DNA of 52,175 nt, from IMG/VR virus record IMGVR_UViG_3300028840_000942, positions 1 to 52,175 of that record; one strand, 5' to 3'. Below are positions 8,370 to 18,237 of this stretch, in pieces (the first letter of the stretch is position 1; each line of letters begins with the position of its first letter). The position numbers were made by a program, and so were the translations under genes. This stretch comes from a virus. Lineage: Duplodnaviria > Caudoviricetes. Under the pieces are notes generated by a model. That model was not told the DNA's origin. It did not search any database and saw nothing but the letters and a program-made list of their open reading frames with translations.

Positions 8370-8499
8370 TATTGTTCCCGCAACTCTTGCTCAAGCCATA
8401 GGTTGCGGATACATTCTTCGCACCATACCTCTTGCCAATAACAAAGACACATTTCTTCTATCGGCTTTTCCTTTTTGCAGTTATCGCATATTGTTGTCA

Positions 8500-8790
8500 T
8501 TATTCCCACCAAGACTCATCACAATTCTCTGGATATTGTACAGCGTGGTCACTCTCTTGAATTTCTGTCGGTATTAACTCAATATACCCATTACACTCAT
8601 AGATTTGCCCGCATTTGGGACACTTCACAAAATACATAAAATCACCATCATAATGACTGTGGCAACCACACTTAGCACAATGAATATCCACGCATGCTTG
8701 TGTGCCTTTCCATTGAATCCATCCATGCGAATCTTTGGTCGTGAAGTTGATAGTATCCTTGTTGATAGCCTTCCATTTGTATTCGCTCAT
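8500..8790 (-). CDS. Zn-ribbon phage protein (WIQWKGT..C.D.HC)
   Basis: AGGAGG RBS before ATG 8790; CAKC and CPKC motifs. Confidence 0.75.
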   Translation of the reverse strand: MSEYKWKAINKDTINFTTKDSHGWIQWKGTQACVDIHCAKCGCHSHYDGDFMYFVKCPKCGQIYECNGYIELIPTEIQESDHAVQYPENCDESWWE

Positions 8791-8804
8791 TCTTTCCTCC
8801 TTGT

Positions 8805-8819
8805 GTCTAACCGTTAGAC
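8805..8819. promoter_or_regulatory. 15-bp palindrome copy 2, GTCTAACCGTTAGAC
   Basis: Intergenic, next to an RBS and to GCGGGTAAA (8823-8831). Confidence 0.75.
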
Positions 8820-8833
8820 TTCGCGGGTAAATA

Positions 8834-9091
8834 TTATTCACTCTGCATTGAATCAACGATAGACAAAAATTTATCATATGCCTCTTGTTGACCCTTTAAC
8901 TCTGCTGCGCCGGCTAGAGCGATGAGGACCGCTCGGATCTTCTCCAGCCCACGTTCAGTAATGGAATGCGACACTGAGTTATAAGTATGGAACGCATCAG
9001 AATCAATCTCATGGTTGCAATCTCCGTCAACGGCTATAATGTCGTCAATCTCATAAAGTGCATCATTGATGTGTTTATCGAGTGTTTTCAT
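8834..9091 (-). CDS. Hypothetical protein
   Basis: 85-aa ORF, AGGAGG RBS. Confidence 0.7.
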   Translation of the reverse strand: MKTLDKHINDALYEIDDIIAVDGDCNHEIDSDAFHTYNSVSHSITERGLEKIRAVLIALAGAAELKGQQEAYDKFLSIVDSMQSE

Positions 9092-9484
9092 TTTTCCTCC
9101 TTGTTTTTGTCCTCACTTAGAAATGTGAGCAAAGGCTGGATGTCATCCGTTAGATGGCAATAGTGATATGTTCTACAATCGGGGTATTGCTTACCATTCA
9201 TTCCCTTGCACATATAATAGTCACATACCTTTGTTTTTTGTTCCTCCCAAAGTATTAGCCTGTTCATATTAACCTCCCTTTTTTACTCCACTTGCCATGA
9301 AAATGGACATTCGGGGTAATCGTTAATAATAGCGATCTCCATAAATGGGATTGCAGCGACCGGGCAAAAATAATAATCTACCAAGTTACACTCCGCATCC
9401 CATTGCTCATTCCCTACCATAGGACATTTAAACTCTTTTGTTTCTTCCCGCATTAATGCCTCCCTTCATTCTTTCCTCCTTGTT

Positions 9485-10066
9485 TTATAATGGGCGTACA
9501 TAAGATTTATCCCTCGCATATGTATAGCCCCTATCAAATTGGATTCGATAGCTTTTCTTGTGCACTGATACAACAGTGCCATCACCGAAAGCAAAATCAT
9601 GTACTCTGCTTCCTTTTTTCACTAATGAATCCATAGCTTCGCGAGTAGCCTGTCTTTTTCTCTCAGCATCACCAGCAACCCGAACTTTTTTAACACTCTC
9701 TGCACGATCCCTTGCTTGATTTGCTTCTCTCAACAATTCGTGCCCCTTGTCATATCGCTTTAATATCTTGTCTCGTCCGGGGATGTGCCCCGGCTGCGTA
9801 ACCCAAGCCCAATCTTTTCTTGCTTCATTGAAAGCAGACATCTTTTGTTCCGCTTCTCTTTCTAACCTGTCGGCTCGATTGTTAAGCCTCTCTGCTTTCT
9901 TATCCGCTTTCAGTTGTCTAAAATGCCTGATTTCTTCGGTGTCGGTAGGTTCACAACCTAAGCAGAATACTCCCATGCTTTTCTCATAGAAGGCTTGTTG
10001 TCCGATTTCTAAATCCTTTTCACATCTTCGGCAATAGCCTTCATATTTGATTAAAATTTGCCTCAT
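9485..10066 (-). CDS. DUF3560 domain protein with N-terminal Zn finger and C-terminal SH3-like domain
   Basis: KAERL...QPGH..R.K...R.DKG motif; CRRC/CLGC; GGAGG RBS before ATG 10066. Confidence 0.7.
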   Translation of the reverse strand: MRQILIKYEGYCRRCEKDLEIGQQAFYEKSMGVFCLGCEPTDTEEIRHFRQLKADKKAERLNNRADRLEREAEQKMSAFNEARKDWAWVTQPGHIPGRDKILKRYDKGHELLREANQARDRAESVKKVRVAGDAERKRQATREAMDSLVKKGSRVHDFAFGDGTVVSVHKKSYRIQFDRGYTYARDKSYVRPL

Positions 10067-10664
10067 AATACTAAACCTCCTATTATTTATTTTCTCCGCA
10101 AAAATGCGGGTAAATCCTTTTGTGTACTCTTGTAGAATACTGTGTACTTTTGTAGACATCCACATCCCTCTCACCCCTGTTGGCGCGGTAAATCATGTAG
10201 ACTCCCTATAAAAGAATATTTATTATAAGAGGGGAGGAGTATATATAGCTCTCTCACTCCCTTAAAGGTCGTTCGTTCGCTCATTTTTTCCCTCGTTGAG
10301 ATCATTTAGTGTATCTTTATTTATCCGCGTTTTTTTTGTGGTAGTTGGAATAATATTCGTTTATGATATTGCAGATTTGTTCATATATCTCTTTATCGTC
10401 ATCTTTCGATCCCAAGACATAGTCTGGGAGGTTCTTCCAGAGTTTTAACCTTCCCAACAGTTTATCCCTTGTCATTTTATTTTACTCCTCTGTAATTTTG
10501 GCATCGTGTAACCCTAGACATGCAAGCAATATGTGCTTTACACTTGACGGGACACTCATTATTCTGGCAAGTAACACATTGACACCCCTTGCATGATTGT
10601 TGCCTCTCCCTTGTGTTAAATTCACTTACTAGGTCATATCTCATAACTCACCTCTCATATAAGA

Positions 10665-10703
10665 TACCCGCCTATGTCTAATGGCTAGACATGGCGGGGT
10701 AAA
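10665..10703. promoter_or_regulatory. Long imperfect hairpin containing palindrome copy 3 (GTCTAATGGCTAGAC, 10676-10690); possible terminator/operator
   Basis: tacccgcctatgtcta-atggc-tagacatggcggggta immediately downstream of the ORF 10704-10895 stop. Confidence 0.6.
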
Positions 10704-10895
10704 TTACAATCTCTCTTCGCAGGATAACCTCTGTCCATTTTCGTCTGTATAATAATCTTGGAATATCAACTTAACGCGTAAAGCTCCATTGTGTGTCGCT
10801 TGCCATGCTGTATTGATTTTTTGTCCATTGTGATCATAGACGGAGATGTCATATCCTTTATTTTCTCTGGTTATAAGAATGATTTGAGCTTTCAT
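10704..10895 (-). CDS. Hypothetical early protein
   Basis: 63-aa ORF with GAGGTG RBS; first gene of the leftward unit. Confidence 0.65.
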   Translation of the reverse strand: MKAQIILITRENKGYDISVYDHNGQKINTAWQATHNGALRVKLIFQDYYTDENGQRLSCEERL

Positions 10896-10915
10896 TTTTT
10901 TTCACCTCTGTATTC

Positions 10916-10944
10916 AATATCGGTTCGAGGAACGTATTTGTCAA
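10916..10944 (-). promoter_or_regulatory. Putative leftward promoter (TTGACA -35, weak -10 GATATT, A-tract UP element)
   Basis: tgtcaa at 10939-10944 followed by T-tracts on the + strand. Confidence 0.45.
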
Positions 10945-11465
10945 GTTTTATTTTCATTTTTTTTCATTTCCCTCAAGAAAAAAGTCTTCCCGGTGGCACA
11001 AAAAAAGAGGTGAACACGGATCCAACTGTTGCCCAACTGGACATCGAGCCGGCCACAAACCGCAGCCGGCGGCGGGTAAATCCAGAATCCCCCATAACAC
11101 TACTTAATAATACCCCACTAAGACATAACTACTACCCCTCTCTCCATACTCCATCCGCCTATATATACCCTATATTGGGGACCTCCAGGGGTAACCCCTC
11201 TCCACCCACCCCTACCTCTGGTAATTTACTATCCCTACCCCTCTCTTTTTCCCCTATTAGGGAGTCACCCTCCCCCATTGGGGTTTGGGTGGGGGGTAAC
11301 CCGCTCTCTGATACGCAAAATAAATTTATAGCATATGGGGGTGGATTAGCGTATTGTGTTGTATGGTTATTAGTGTAATCAGACGTATTGTTACCATAGG
11401 TGAACAAGTGGGTGAACGTGAAGGTGAACTAGGGGTGTTTAAAAAAGTGTATTTAATTTTAGGTA
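10945..11465. other. Non-coding divergent control region; candidate origin or packaging/terminus region
   Basis: Coding strand switches here; C-run-rich then G-run-rich with a flip near 11280; GGTGAAC repeats. Confidence 0.55.
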
Positions 11466-11469
11466 ATGC

Positions 11470-11498
11470 TTGACAAAGGGGAACGGATTTGTTATGTT
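11470..11498 (+). promoter_or_regulatory. Sigma70-type promoter TTGACA-17-TATGTT (TG-extended)
   Basis: ttgaca aaggggaacggatttgt tatgtt, upstream of the first + strand gene. Confidence 0.7.
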
Positions 11499-11539
11499 AT
11501 AGGTATGGATATTTACCCGCGCAAAATAAGGAGAATAGG

Positions 11540-11719
11540 ATGATTGAATTAAAGATTTTATTAACTGCGCTTTGGGGTATTTTTTTTGGGGTATTATTAG
11601 GTAATGCGTTTGAGGATGAGGAGAATATCGGGTTTTATGTGGGCGTTTTATTGTTCATAGTGTCGGCCATGGTGTTTTTCTATTGTTCAATAGTATGTAT
11701 ATGGGATTACATACCATGA
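11540..11719 (+). CDS. Two-TM membrane protein
   Basis: AGGAG RBS, ATG 11540, two hydrophobic segments. Confidence 0.65.
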   Translation: MIELKILLTALWGIFFGVLLGNAFEDEENIGFYVGVLLFIVSAMVFFYCSIVCIWDYIP

Positions 11720-12219
11720 GAGAAATTAAGTTTCGGGCATGGGATAAGAAGTACCGTGAATTTATAAAAATTACCCCGGTTGAGAATGGGGGGATGTTTT
11801 GTCACTACAAAATTTCAAGCCAGAGTACACCAGATCATAGGGTGTATGACGGGGTGAGTGGTAAAAATATTTTCCTAACCCTTGATGGTCATGTAGTGGC
11901 GATTACTCCTTGGGATGAAAAAACAACTTGTGTTCGCATAGAGGAGAGGTATGTACTTATGCAGTACACGGGGTTAAAGGATAAGAATGGTAAGGAGATA
12001 TATGAGGGGGATATTGTTTACAAAGAGATATTGGCTCGTGATGACCCCGCGTGTGGATTTTATGGGGACAAGTTGTCAATTGTGTATGAAGATGGTGGTT
12101 TCTTAGCCAAGGAAGATGAGCATGCTGTAATTGCACATTATTTACATATAGTAGCAGAGGATTGTGAAGTAATAGGGAATATTTATGAGAATCCTGAGTT
12201 ATTACCCGCGCGGGAGTAA
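11716..12219 (+). CDS. YopX family protein
   Basis: MREIKFRAWD...LMQYTGLKDKNGKEIYEGDIV...EVIGNIYENPELL. Confidence 0.95.
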   Translation: MREIKFRAWDKKYREFIKITPVENGGMFCHYKISSQSTPDHRVYDGVSGKNIFLTLDGHVVAITPWDEKTTCVRIEERYVLMQYTGLKDKNGKEIYEGDIVYKEILARDDPACGFYGDKLSIVYEDGGFLAKEDEHAVIAHYLHIVAEDCEVIGNIYENPELLPARE

Positions 12220-12224
12220 ATTGA

Positions 12225-12455
12225 ATGAGAAAGAAGAAAAAGGATAAGGGTACCATAGTGGATGAGTTGGCTAGGTACCGCCGCGAACAGGCGGAGGCTA
12301 TGGAAGCGTTGACAGAGGAAAATTTCAAGAGGGCGATAGAGTATATAGGGAAGGATGCGTTACAGTTGGTTCCCCCTGTATTACCACCGAAGGTGAGGGA
12401 TTTTTTAGATGAGGAAAAACGGCGGGTAAAAACTGAGGAGAAGAAAGATGACTAA
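12225..12455 (+). CDS. Hypothetical protein
   Basis: 76-aa ORF, GGAG RBS. Confidence 0.65.
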   Translation: MRKKKKDKGTIVDELARYRREQAEAMEALTEENFKRAIEYIGKDALQLVPPVLPPKVRDFLDEEKRRVKTEEKKDD

Positions 12456-12607
12456 CCGATTAATAATGGTCAATATGATTGATGTGGAAATAGCAAGATT
12501 GCAGGCAATACGAGAATGTCATGTGTCGGAGGCTATGTTACCGTCAATTTCGGTATTGGTGGTGTTTTTGGATTTTTTGGGGGTAGGGGTAGCAAAGGAG
12601 AAGAAGG

Positions 12608-12910
12608 ATGAGTAAGAAGTGGAGTTATAAATGTCCATCTTGCAAGACTACCACTCAATTTGTGGAGTACGAGCCGAGGAGATGGGGGGCAACAAGAGAT
12701 GAGCAACAAATGGATGAGAGGTTACAACGATTACATGGAAAGGTAATGAAACTAGAGGAGTATGGTTTAAGTCTTTGGGGAGGGCTGTTTGGTATGCAGG
12801 AATATATCCATATCTCCAAGTTGTTTGAGTTATTGTTCCATTATCTAGGGGTTGAACTCAAAAAAAGTGAACCATATCCGTATAAGTTGGAGAAGAAAGA
12901 TGAAGCATAA
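12608..12910 (+). CDS. Hypothetical protein with N-terminal CxxC
   Basis: 100-aa ORF, AAGGAG RBS. Confidence 0.6.
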   Translation: MSKKWSYKCPSCKTTTQFVEYEPRRWGATRDEQQMDERLQRLHGKVMKLEEYGLSLWGGLFGMQEYIHISKLFELLFHYLGVELKKSEPYPYKLEKKDEA

Positions 12911-13109
12911 GATTGTAGTGGTGTTGGATGATAGCGCGAGGCGATTTAACAGGAATGAGTATTCTGTCTATGAACAATGTCCCAGTACGGATGGGATGAG
13001 GTTTTTAGCAAGGTTTTATGATAAGTGCCATGCGTTTGAATGGGCGGAAAAGATTGCGGGGGAACTAGGTGGGTTGAAAGTAGAGGAGCAATACAATGAC
13101 GAGGGGTAA
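12900..13109 (+). CDS. Hypothetical protein
   Basis: ORF track 12852..13109; likely start MKHKIVVV at 12900. Confidence 0.6.
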   Translation: MKHKIVVVLDDSARRFNRNEYSVYEQCPSTDGMRFLARFYDKCHAFEWAEKIAGELGGLKVEEQYNDEG

Positions 13110-13377
13110 GTTCTTAGTCAGTCTAGGTGCATTACTATGTGCCCCGTTTTTACCCGCGCTTAAAGGCGCGGATAAAAGTCTAGCGGTTAGACATGAGGAG
13201 TGGGAGAATCATTATATCATGGCAGATGGTAACGAGTGGTGGGAATGCAAGAGTCGCCGAGTAGATGAGGGTGAAAATCATCTATTTAAGGCACAATGGC
13301 GGAATGAGCCATATCCCCCAACATGGGAAGAGTACATTTATTGGCAGAATAAGGGGCGTGGACGATGGCACCCATAA
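13096..13377 (+). CDS. Hypothetical protein with N-terminal hydrophobic signal-like segment
   Basis: MTRGKFLVSLGALLCAPFLP; GAGGAG RBS. Confidence 0.6.
   Translation: MTRGKFLVSLGALLCAPFLPALKGADKSLAVRHEEWENHYIMADGNEWWECKSRRVDEGENHLFKAQWRNEPYPPTWEEYIYWQNKGRGRWHP
13178..13192. promoter_or_regulatory. 15-bp palindrome copy 4, GTCTAGCGGTTAGAC
   Basis: Exact reverse complement of copy 1; preceded by the inverted pair TTTACCCGCGC...GCGCGGATAAA. Confidence 0.7.
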
Positions 13378-13547
13378 GGGATTTTCGTTGCTATGTGTGT
13401 GGGTATGTAAAGACGGATGTAACACATCCGGCGGAACTGGATGCTTGCCCGAAATGTAAGAGTAGGAGCTGGACTAAGGTGCCTTCCGCACCAGGGGGGT
13501 TTAAGGGGCTACCTACTGAGAAGTTCTATAAGAGAGGGGAGAAATGA
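13365..13547 (+). CDS. FmdB-family zinc ribbon protein
   Basis: PIRDFRCYVCG...CPKC.....KVPSAP. Confidence 0.8.
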   Translation: MAPIRDFRCYVCGYVKTDVTHPAELDACPKCKSRSWTKVPSAPGGFKGLPTEKFYKRGEK

Positions 13548-13645
13548 AGTTACCATTTAAGGCGATAGCGAAGGTTATTGGGTTGGCGTTACTCGGCGCA
13601 AAGGTCGTTGAGAGAATCATAGATACCATAAAACGGGGGAAATAG
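13544..13645 (+). CDS. 33-aa cationic amphipathic peptide
   Basis: MKLPFKAIAKVIGLALLGAKVVERIIDTIKRGK; ATGA overlap, GGGGAG RBS. Confidence 0.6.
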   Translation: MKLPFKAIAKVIGLALLGAKVVERIIDTIKRGK

Positions 13646-13648
13646 GGG

Positions 13649-13676
13649 TTGACAAATCCGTTACGCATGATATAAT
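13649..13676 (+). promoter_or_regulatory. Consensus sigma70 promoter TTGACA-16-TATAAT with TG extension
   Basis: ttgaca aatccgttacgcatga tataat. Confidence 0.85.
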
Positions 13677-13729
13677 GTTTTACGTAGAGAGTGAATCAAT
13701 TTCACACGGAGGTCTAGCAGGAGATATGG

Positions 13730-13933
13730 TTGAGTACGGAAGAGGAAATACGGGCAGTATTCGAGCAGGATATAGCGGAGAAGTCGAAGCAGGTAATCAA
13801 CAGGCAGAGCATATTGCCGTTTTTGGACGGCATGGAAGGAATGTCGATTCAGGAGTTGTATTGGGGGCTGATTGATGAGGAGGATATTGCACTATTACAG
13901 AGGATTGCGGAGATAGAGGATGATTCATTGTGA
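13730..13933 (+). CDS. Hypothetical acidic protein
   Basis: 67-aa ORF with TTG start after AGGAG. Confidence 0.55.
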   Translation: MSTEEEIRAVFEQDIAEKSKQVINRQSILPFLDGMEGMSIQELYWGLIDEEDIALLQRIAEIEDDSL

Positions 13934-14141
13934 TATTTGTAACAAGCCATTTGCGACAAGACATCATGCAGAGTATTATACAGTTATGATTGAGTGGGAT
14001 CAGTGGAAGTGGTCATGTAAACCGTTTGTATATAATTGTTTAAGTGACCCTGCTGTGTGTGGACCTTGCTTCGTTCGAGCGGTAAGGGAAGGTCATATTT
14101 GGGCGCCACCAAATCTGGATGCGGAGGTAGCAGATGATTGA
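13920..14141 (+). CDS. Small Zn-finger protein
   Basis: CDIC...CGPC. Confidence 0.65.
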   Translation: MIHCDICNKPFATRHHAEYYTVMIEWDQWKWSCKPFVYNCLSDPAVCGPCFVRAVREGHIWAPPNLDAEVADD

Positions 14142-14653
14142 CGGATTATTGTTGGTATTAGCTGGAGTATGTATCGGTGCTGGGTTTGTTATATGGTTAT
14201 TTGAGATAAAGAGATGATAACTGAGATGGATTTTGTATCGTTTGTGGTAAGGGCGGATATACGGGTTGAATGGTTCTTTTGCGTATTCGCTATTATAATC
14301 CTTATCAATTTACTAAAATTTTTTCGCAAAAAATAAGCGGAGGGGCAGATGACAGAGAAAGGGCGGAAGTTCGAACGGTTATTGACACTTTACCAGATGA
14401 ATATGGATGTGATACAGAAGCTTGAGCATATACCGTATCCACAGGCTGGGAAGGCTACTGAAAAAGCATTAGATAATCTTCTCATTATTCTTGATAAATT
14501 AGAAGTTTAACTATAGTTTTGAATAAGTATAGGTAATCATGGCAGAAAATGGCGAAAGGGTAAGTCCTTAGTCAATGTCTGCTACATATTCGGGATAGAG
14601 TCGCATATTGCGAAGGGGAGTAATTAGGCAGATAAATACTGAGTGGGATCGCA

Positions 14654-14791
14654 TTGCCTAAAAAATTACACGAAGCATTAAAGAAGCAAGCCAGGAAGAA
14701 GGGGCTAAAAGGTAAACGGGCCGATGCCTACGTTTACGGCACATTAAAGAAAGCTAAATCGAAAAAGAAGAAGATTCGCAAAAAGACGTAA
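14654..14791 (+). CDS. 45-aa highly basic protein (possible DNA-condensing/virion core peptide)
   Basis: TTG start; MPKKLHEALKKQARKKGLKGKRADAYVYGTLKKAKSKKKKIRKKT. Confidence 0.6.
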   Translation: MPKKLHEALKKQARKKGLKGKRADAYVYGTLKKAKSKKKKIRKKT

Positions 14792-15072
14792 TTAAAATCT
14801 GTTACGTTTTTCACGGGGAAACGATTTTCCTGCCTCCGGGCACCTTTCCGGGGAAAACCCTAACTACCACTTATGACCATGTGGACAAGTGGGCGGATTA
14901 TGTATTTGGAAACAATTAATGAGTAAAGAACTACAACAAAGACGGACTCGGTGTTGCAATGTAATACCTGAGAAAAGCACAGAAAACAAGCCTAATGAAC
15001 GGCCAGGGGAATATCATTATAAATGCCCCAAGTGTGGGCAAGACCCTGTGTCTATAAGAATACTTTTATAAA

Positions 15073-17100
15073 ATGGCTAAAGATAAAGAGTTTCAGCAGA
15101 CTAAATCTGATGTTGACCCGTTCATGGGCGGGGTCAAGGTCAATTTAAAGAAAAAAATCAAGGGAGTACCTTTAAAAGAGTCCCTTTCCCATGAGATAGA
15201 TACTATTCTTTCCACGGAACTGCGGAATCAGGAAAAACTGGTAAAGAAGATTGAGAATTGGAATAAGCAGTACCGTGGCATTAAAAAAGAGCGCAAACCT
15301 ACTCAGGCTAATACCGCTGCACCATATACCCGTTCTAGGGTAGATTCTATCGCTGTTAGGCTTATTGACCTGATTTTCGGGCAACAGAAAGTTGCTGTAT
15401 TGCGTCCGCTTGAAGAGTGGGCAGTAGATTTAGCCCCGAAACTTGAGGATGGGCTTGAATGGTGGCGGAAACATATCGTTGATTTTCGTAAAACTATTTT
15501 TTCCCCGTTATTGCAATGCCTGAAAGCGGGGACGGGCATAGTAATGATTGATAATGAACGGCGAAAAAAGACCTATGTACGCTATGCTACCCCAGATGAG
15601 AAGAAGAACAAGGGCATTAAGAAGTACAAAACCCAAGAAGGGGAGTTTTTAGTTAAGGTTCCGCAGACTGTCTATGAAGGACCGATTTTGCGGGCGATTT
15701 CAAGGGAAGATTTCCTGATTTCTAGCGATGCCGTAAATATAGAGGATGCCAATATTTGCGGTTATCGGACTTATGTACCCCGTCATGTCTTCGATTTGCG
15801 GGTAAAAACGAAATATTACGACATATCCGAGGAAGAAGCCAAGAAAATAGTCGGGGATGAGCTTGACGAAACGAAACAAGCCCGAATTTCGGACTCGAAT
15901 AAGGATTATGACGACCATATTCGGGAAAAAATCGAAGTTTGGCGGTTATGGTACCGATATGATGTCGATAATGACGGGGAAGCAGATGATATTATCGTTG
16001 AATTTCACCCTGAGTCGGCGATGGTACTAAAAGCCAATTATAACCACTTATTTTACGGTTTTAGACCATTTGTGCCGTTAATATTTAACCCTATCGAGTT
16101 TTCGTTCGATGGGGAAGGCTTATGTGCGATATTAGAGAAAATTCAGGAAGAGATAGATACCTTCCATAACCTGAGAATAGATTACCTGCACCAGACCGTT
16201 GTACCCCTTTTCAAGCGTAGGATTGGGTCAGGTGCGGAAAATTACAAGGATTATGAGCCTGGGACGATAGTTGACACGGAAGATCCAGAAAATGACCTTC
16301 AGATGATGGTATTTCATCAGGGCGACCTTCCTAGCACGATTGCCGAGGAACAGATGCTCTCACAGGCGGGGGATGAGGCTATCGGTAATGCACCGAGTTT
16401 TATGGGGCAACCTACTTCTGAACGACCTGTGGCAAGGGAAACCCTGGCATTAATCCAAGAATTAAATAAAAAACTCAAAGTTGGCGGGGAAAATGTACGT
16501 GGCGGAATAAAAGATATTTATATGGAGGTTGTTGAGAACTTCGCTCAGAATCAACCCCATTTTGAGTATCAGGTAGAGAAAGACACCAAGAAAGGCAAGG
16601 TATTCAACAAGGCTGAGTTGGACTTCCCATTTGAGATGATTCGGGATGGTATCGCCATAGACCTGATGGCTTCAAGCGAGGTAATGAATACTGAGATACG
16701 GAGAGAGATTGACCTGACTCTGTATCAGTTACTTGGTGATTATTATACAAAACTGGCGGGCATGGTAGAGATGTTACTTAATCATGAAGTACCGCCAGAT
16801 ATGAAACCATTGTTTATCAAGTGGTCGAAGATATTTGAGAAGCTGATGGAGAGGATAGTCAGGGATTTCGGTAATGTGGATGCGGAATCTCTGGTAGACA
16901 GTATCCCTGAAGAGATACTTGACCAGGCACTTATGCAACAGATGCAGATGATGGTTGAGCAGGCGGTACAGCAGGCTACTCAGCAACAGGCACAGCAATA
17001 CGAGCAAAAGATACAGGAAATGCAGATGCAGATGGATGAGGCATTAGGGGCACAGCCGATGCCGATACAGACAATGGGACCACAGAATGCAGGATATTAA
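15073..17100 (+). CDS. Portal protein (podovirus/P22-like)
   Basis: 675 aa, first large structural gene; GTGI motif, PFVPL..P....DGEG..L..IQEEID..N..ID pattern, Q-rich C-terminal barrel. Confidence 0.85.
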   Translation: MAKDKEFQQTKSDVDPFMGGVKVNLKKKIKGVPLKESLSHEIDTILSTELRNQEKLVKKIENWNKQYRGIKKERKPTQANTAAPYTRSRVDSIAVRLIDLIFGQQKVAVLRPLEEWAVDLAPKLEDGLEWWRKHIVDFRKTIFSPLLQCLKAGTGIVMIDNERRKKTYVRYATPDEKKNKGIKKYKTQEGEFLVKVPQTVYEGPILRAISREDFLISSDAVNIEDANICGYRTYVPRHVFDLRVKTKYYDISEEEAKKIVGDELDETKQARISDSNKDYDDHIREKIEVWRLWYRYDVDNDGEADDIIVEFHPESAMVLKANYNHLFYGFRPFVPLIFNPIEFSFDGEGLCAILEKIQEEIDTFHNLRIDYLHQTVVPLFKRRIGSGAENYKDYEPGTIVDTEDPENDLQMMVFHQGDLPSTIAEEQMLSQAGDEAIGNAPSFMGQPTSERPVARETLALIQELNKKLKVGGENVRGGIKDIYMEVVENFAQNQPHFEYQVEKDTKKGKVFNKAELDFPFEMIRDGIAIDLMASSEVMNTEIRREIDLTLYQLLGDYYTKLAGMVEMLLNHEVPPDMKPLFIKWSKIFEKLMERIVRDFGNVDAESLVDSIPEEILDQALMQQMQMMVEQAVQQATQQQAQQYEQKIQEMQMQMDEALGAQPMPIQTMGPQNAGY

Positions 17101-17374
17101 TGTTGTTAGGAAACTGGAGTTCACAGTTGGTGAGCTTCGGAAGTTAAACGCTGACTACCGAGTTACGGTAGGTAACCGTTTTCTTGAATTGTTCTTTGAC
17201 AGACTAAAATCGAAACGCCTCACTAACCTTGAGCGCATGGTTTCCAAGAATGCTGATGAGCAATCACGGGACTATTGGGCGGGGCACACAGAGGCGTTTA
17301 AAAGCATTAAATCAGAGTATGACCAACTCGCAAAAGAGTTGGATGAAGCATTAAAAGCAGGGCAAACGGGTTAG
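17087..17374 (+). CDS. Hypothetical head-module protein
   Basis: Helical 95-aa ORF between portal and scaffold. Confidence 0.65.
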   Translation: MQDINVVRKLEFTVGELRKLNADYRVTVGNRFLELFFDRLKSKRLTNLERMVSKNADEQSRDYWAGHTEAFKSIKSEYDQLAKELDEALKAGQTG

Positions 17375-17400
17375 GCCGACCTTGCGAATAGGAGTTTTAC

Positions 17401-18234
17401 ATGACAGACGATTTGGGCAAACCGGCTGATGATGCCTCTTCGGGGGGAACGTCACAGGCGGACCTAAACACGGAAGGTACTCCACAGACGGATTCCGGTG
17501 AACCTGAAAGATTCAAGGGCAAATCACGGGAAGAAATCTTGAAGATGTACCAAGAGAAAGAGGCTCACTTCGACAAGAAGCTCGATGAAGTAAAAGGCGA
17601 AACTTCTAAAGAAGTGGAAACTCTTAAAAAAGACTTGCAGGCGTACCAGTCGTGGTATCAGCAGCAGCAACAGCAAGCTGCCCCACAGCCTACGCCAGAC
17701 CCACCAGTGGACCAGTCAAGACTTGTGGATGCGTTACTTGAGAATCCGGTTCAAACACTTAATCAAATCCTTGATTATCGTGATCAGAACAAGATGTATC
17801 AAGAAGCGTGGTCAGAAGGACCGATGGCATTGGCACGGGCAAAGAAGGAGCGACCAGACATATTTGAGGGGGTTGATGACAATCAACTCCAACAGACCAT
17901 CTTTGGTGGGATACAGTCAGGTCAACTCCATCCTAGCCTAGCCAAGAAGCCTGAAGCCTGGATGATGGCGGCGGGGCAAACTAAACTCGTTCAGAACGAT
18001 TTTAAGCTCCAATCTACGCCACCTATACCACCAACGCCACCCACAGGGGACTTACCACCGACGGCGAAACCGCAAGTCACAGATTCAGACACAGACGACA
18101 TCCAGTTCGACCCATTGACTTTAGAGTTGATGGAAGGATTCGGTGTCGATTCTAAGGAAAAGGCTGCTAAGATGATTCAAAACTGGCGGAAGAACCCAGA
18201 TCCTCGTATGTCCCTTGACATTCAAAAGGAGTAA
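17401..18234 (+). CDS. Capsid scaffolding protein
   Basis: Acidic disordered N-terminus, PERFKGKSREE motif, coiled coil; position upstream of the capsid gene. Confidence 0.7.
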   Translation: MTDDLGKPADDASSGGTSQADLNTEGTPQTDSGEPERFKGKSREEILKMYQEKEAHFDKKLDEVKGETSKEVETLKKDLQAYQSWYQQQQQQAAPQPTPDPPVDQSRLVDALLENPVQTLNQILDYRDQNKMYQEAWSEGPMALARAKKERPDIFEGVDDNQLQQTIFGGIQSGQLHPSLAKKPEAWMMAAGQTKLVQNDFKLQSTPPIPPTPPTGDLPPTAKPQVTDSDTDDIQFDPLTLELMEGFGVDSKEKAAKMIQNWRKNPDPRMSLDIQKE

Positions 18235-18237
18235 GAA

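Noticed and set aside
10791-11407. ORFs 10791..11378 (+) and 11159..11407 (-)
   Set aside because: Low-complexity Pro/Gly translations of the C/G-run control region with no RBS
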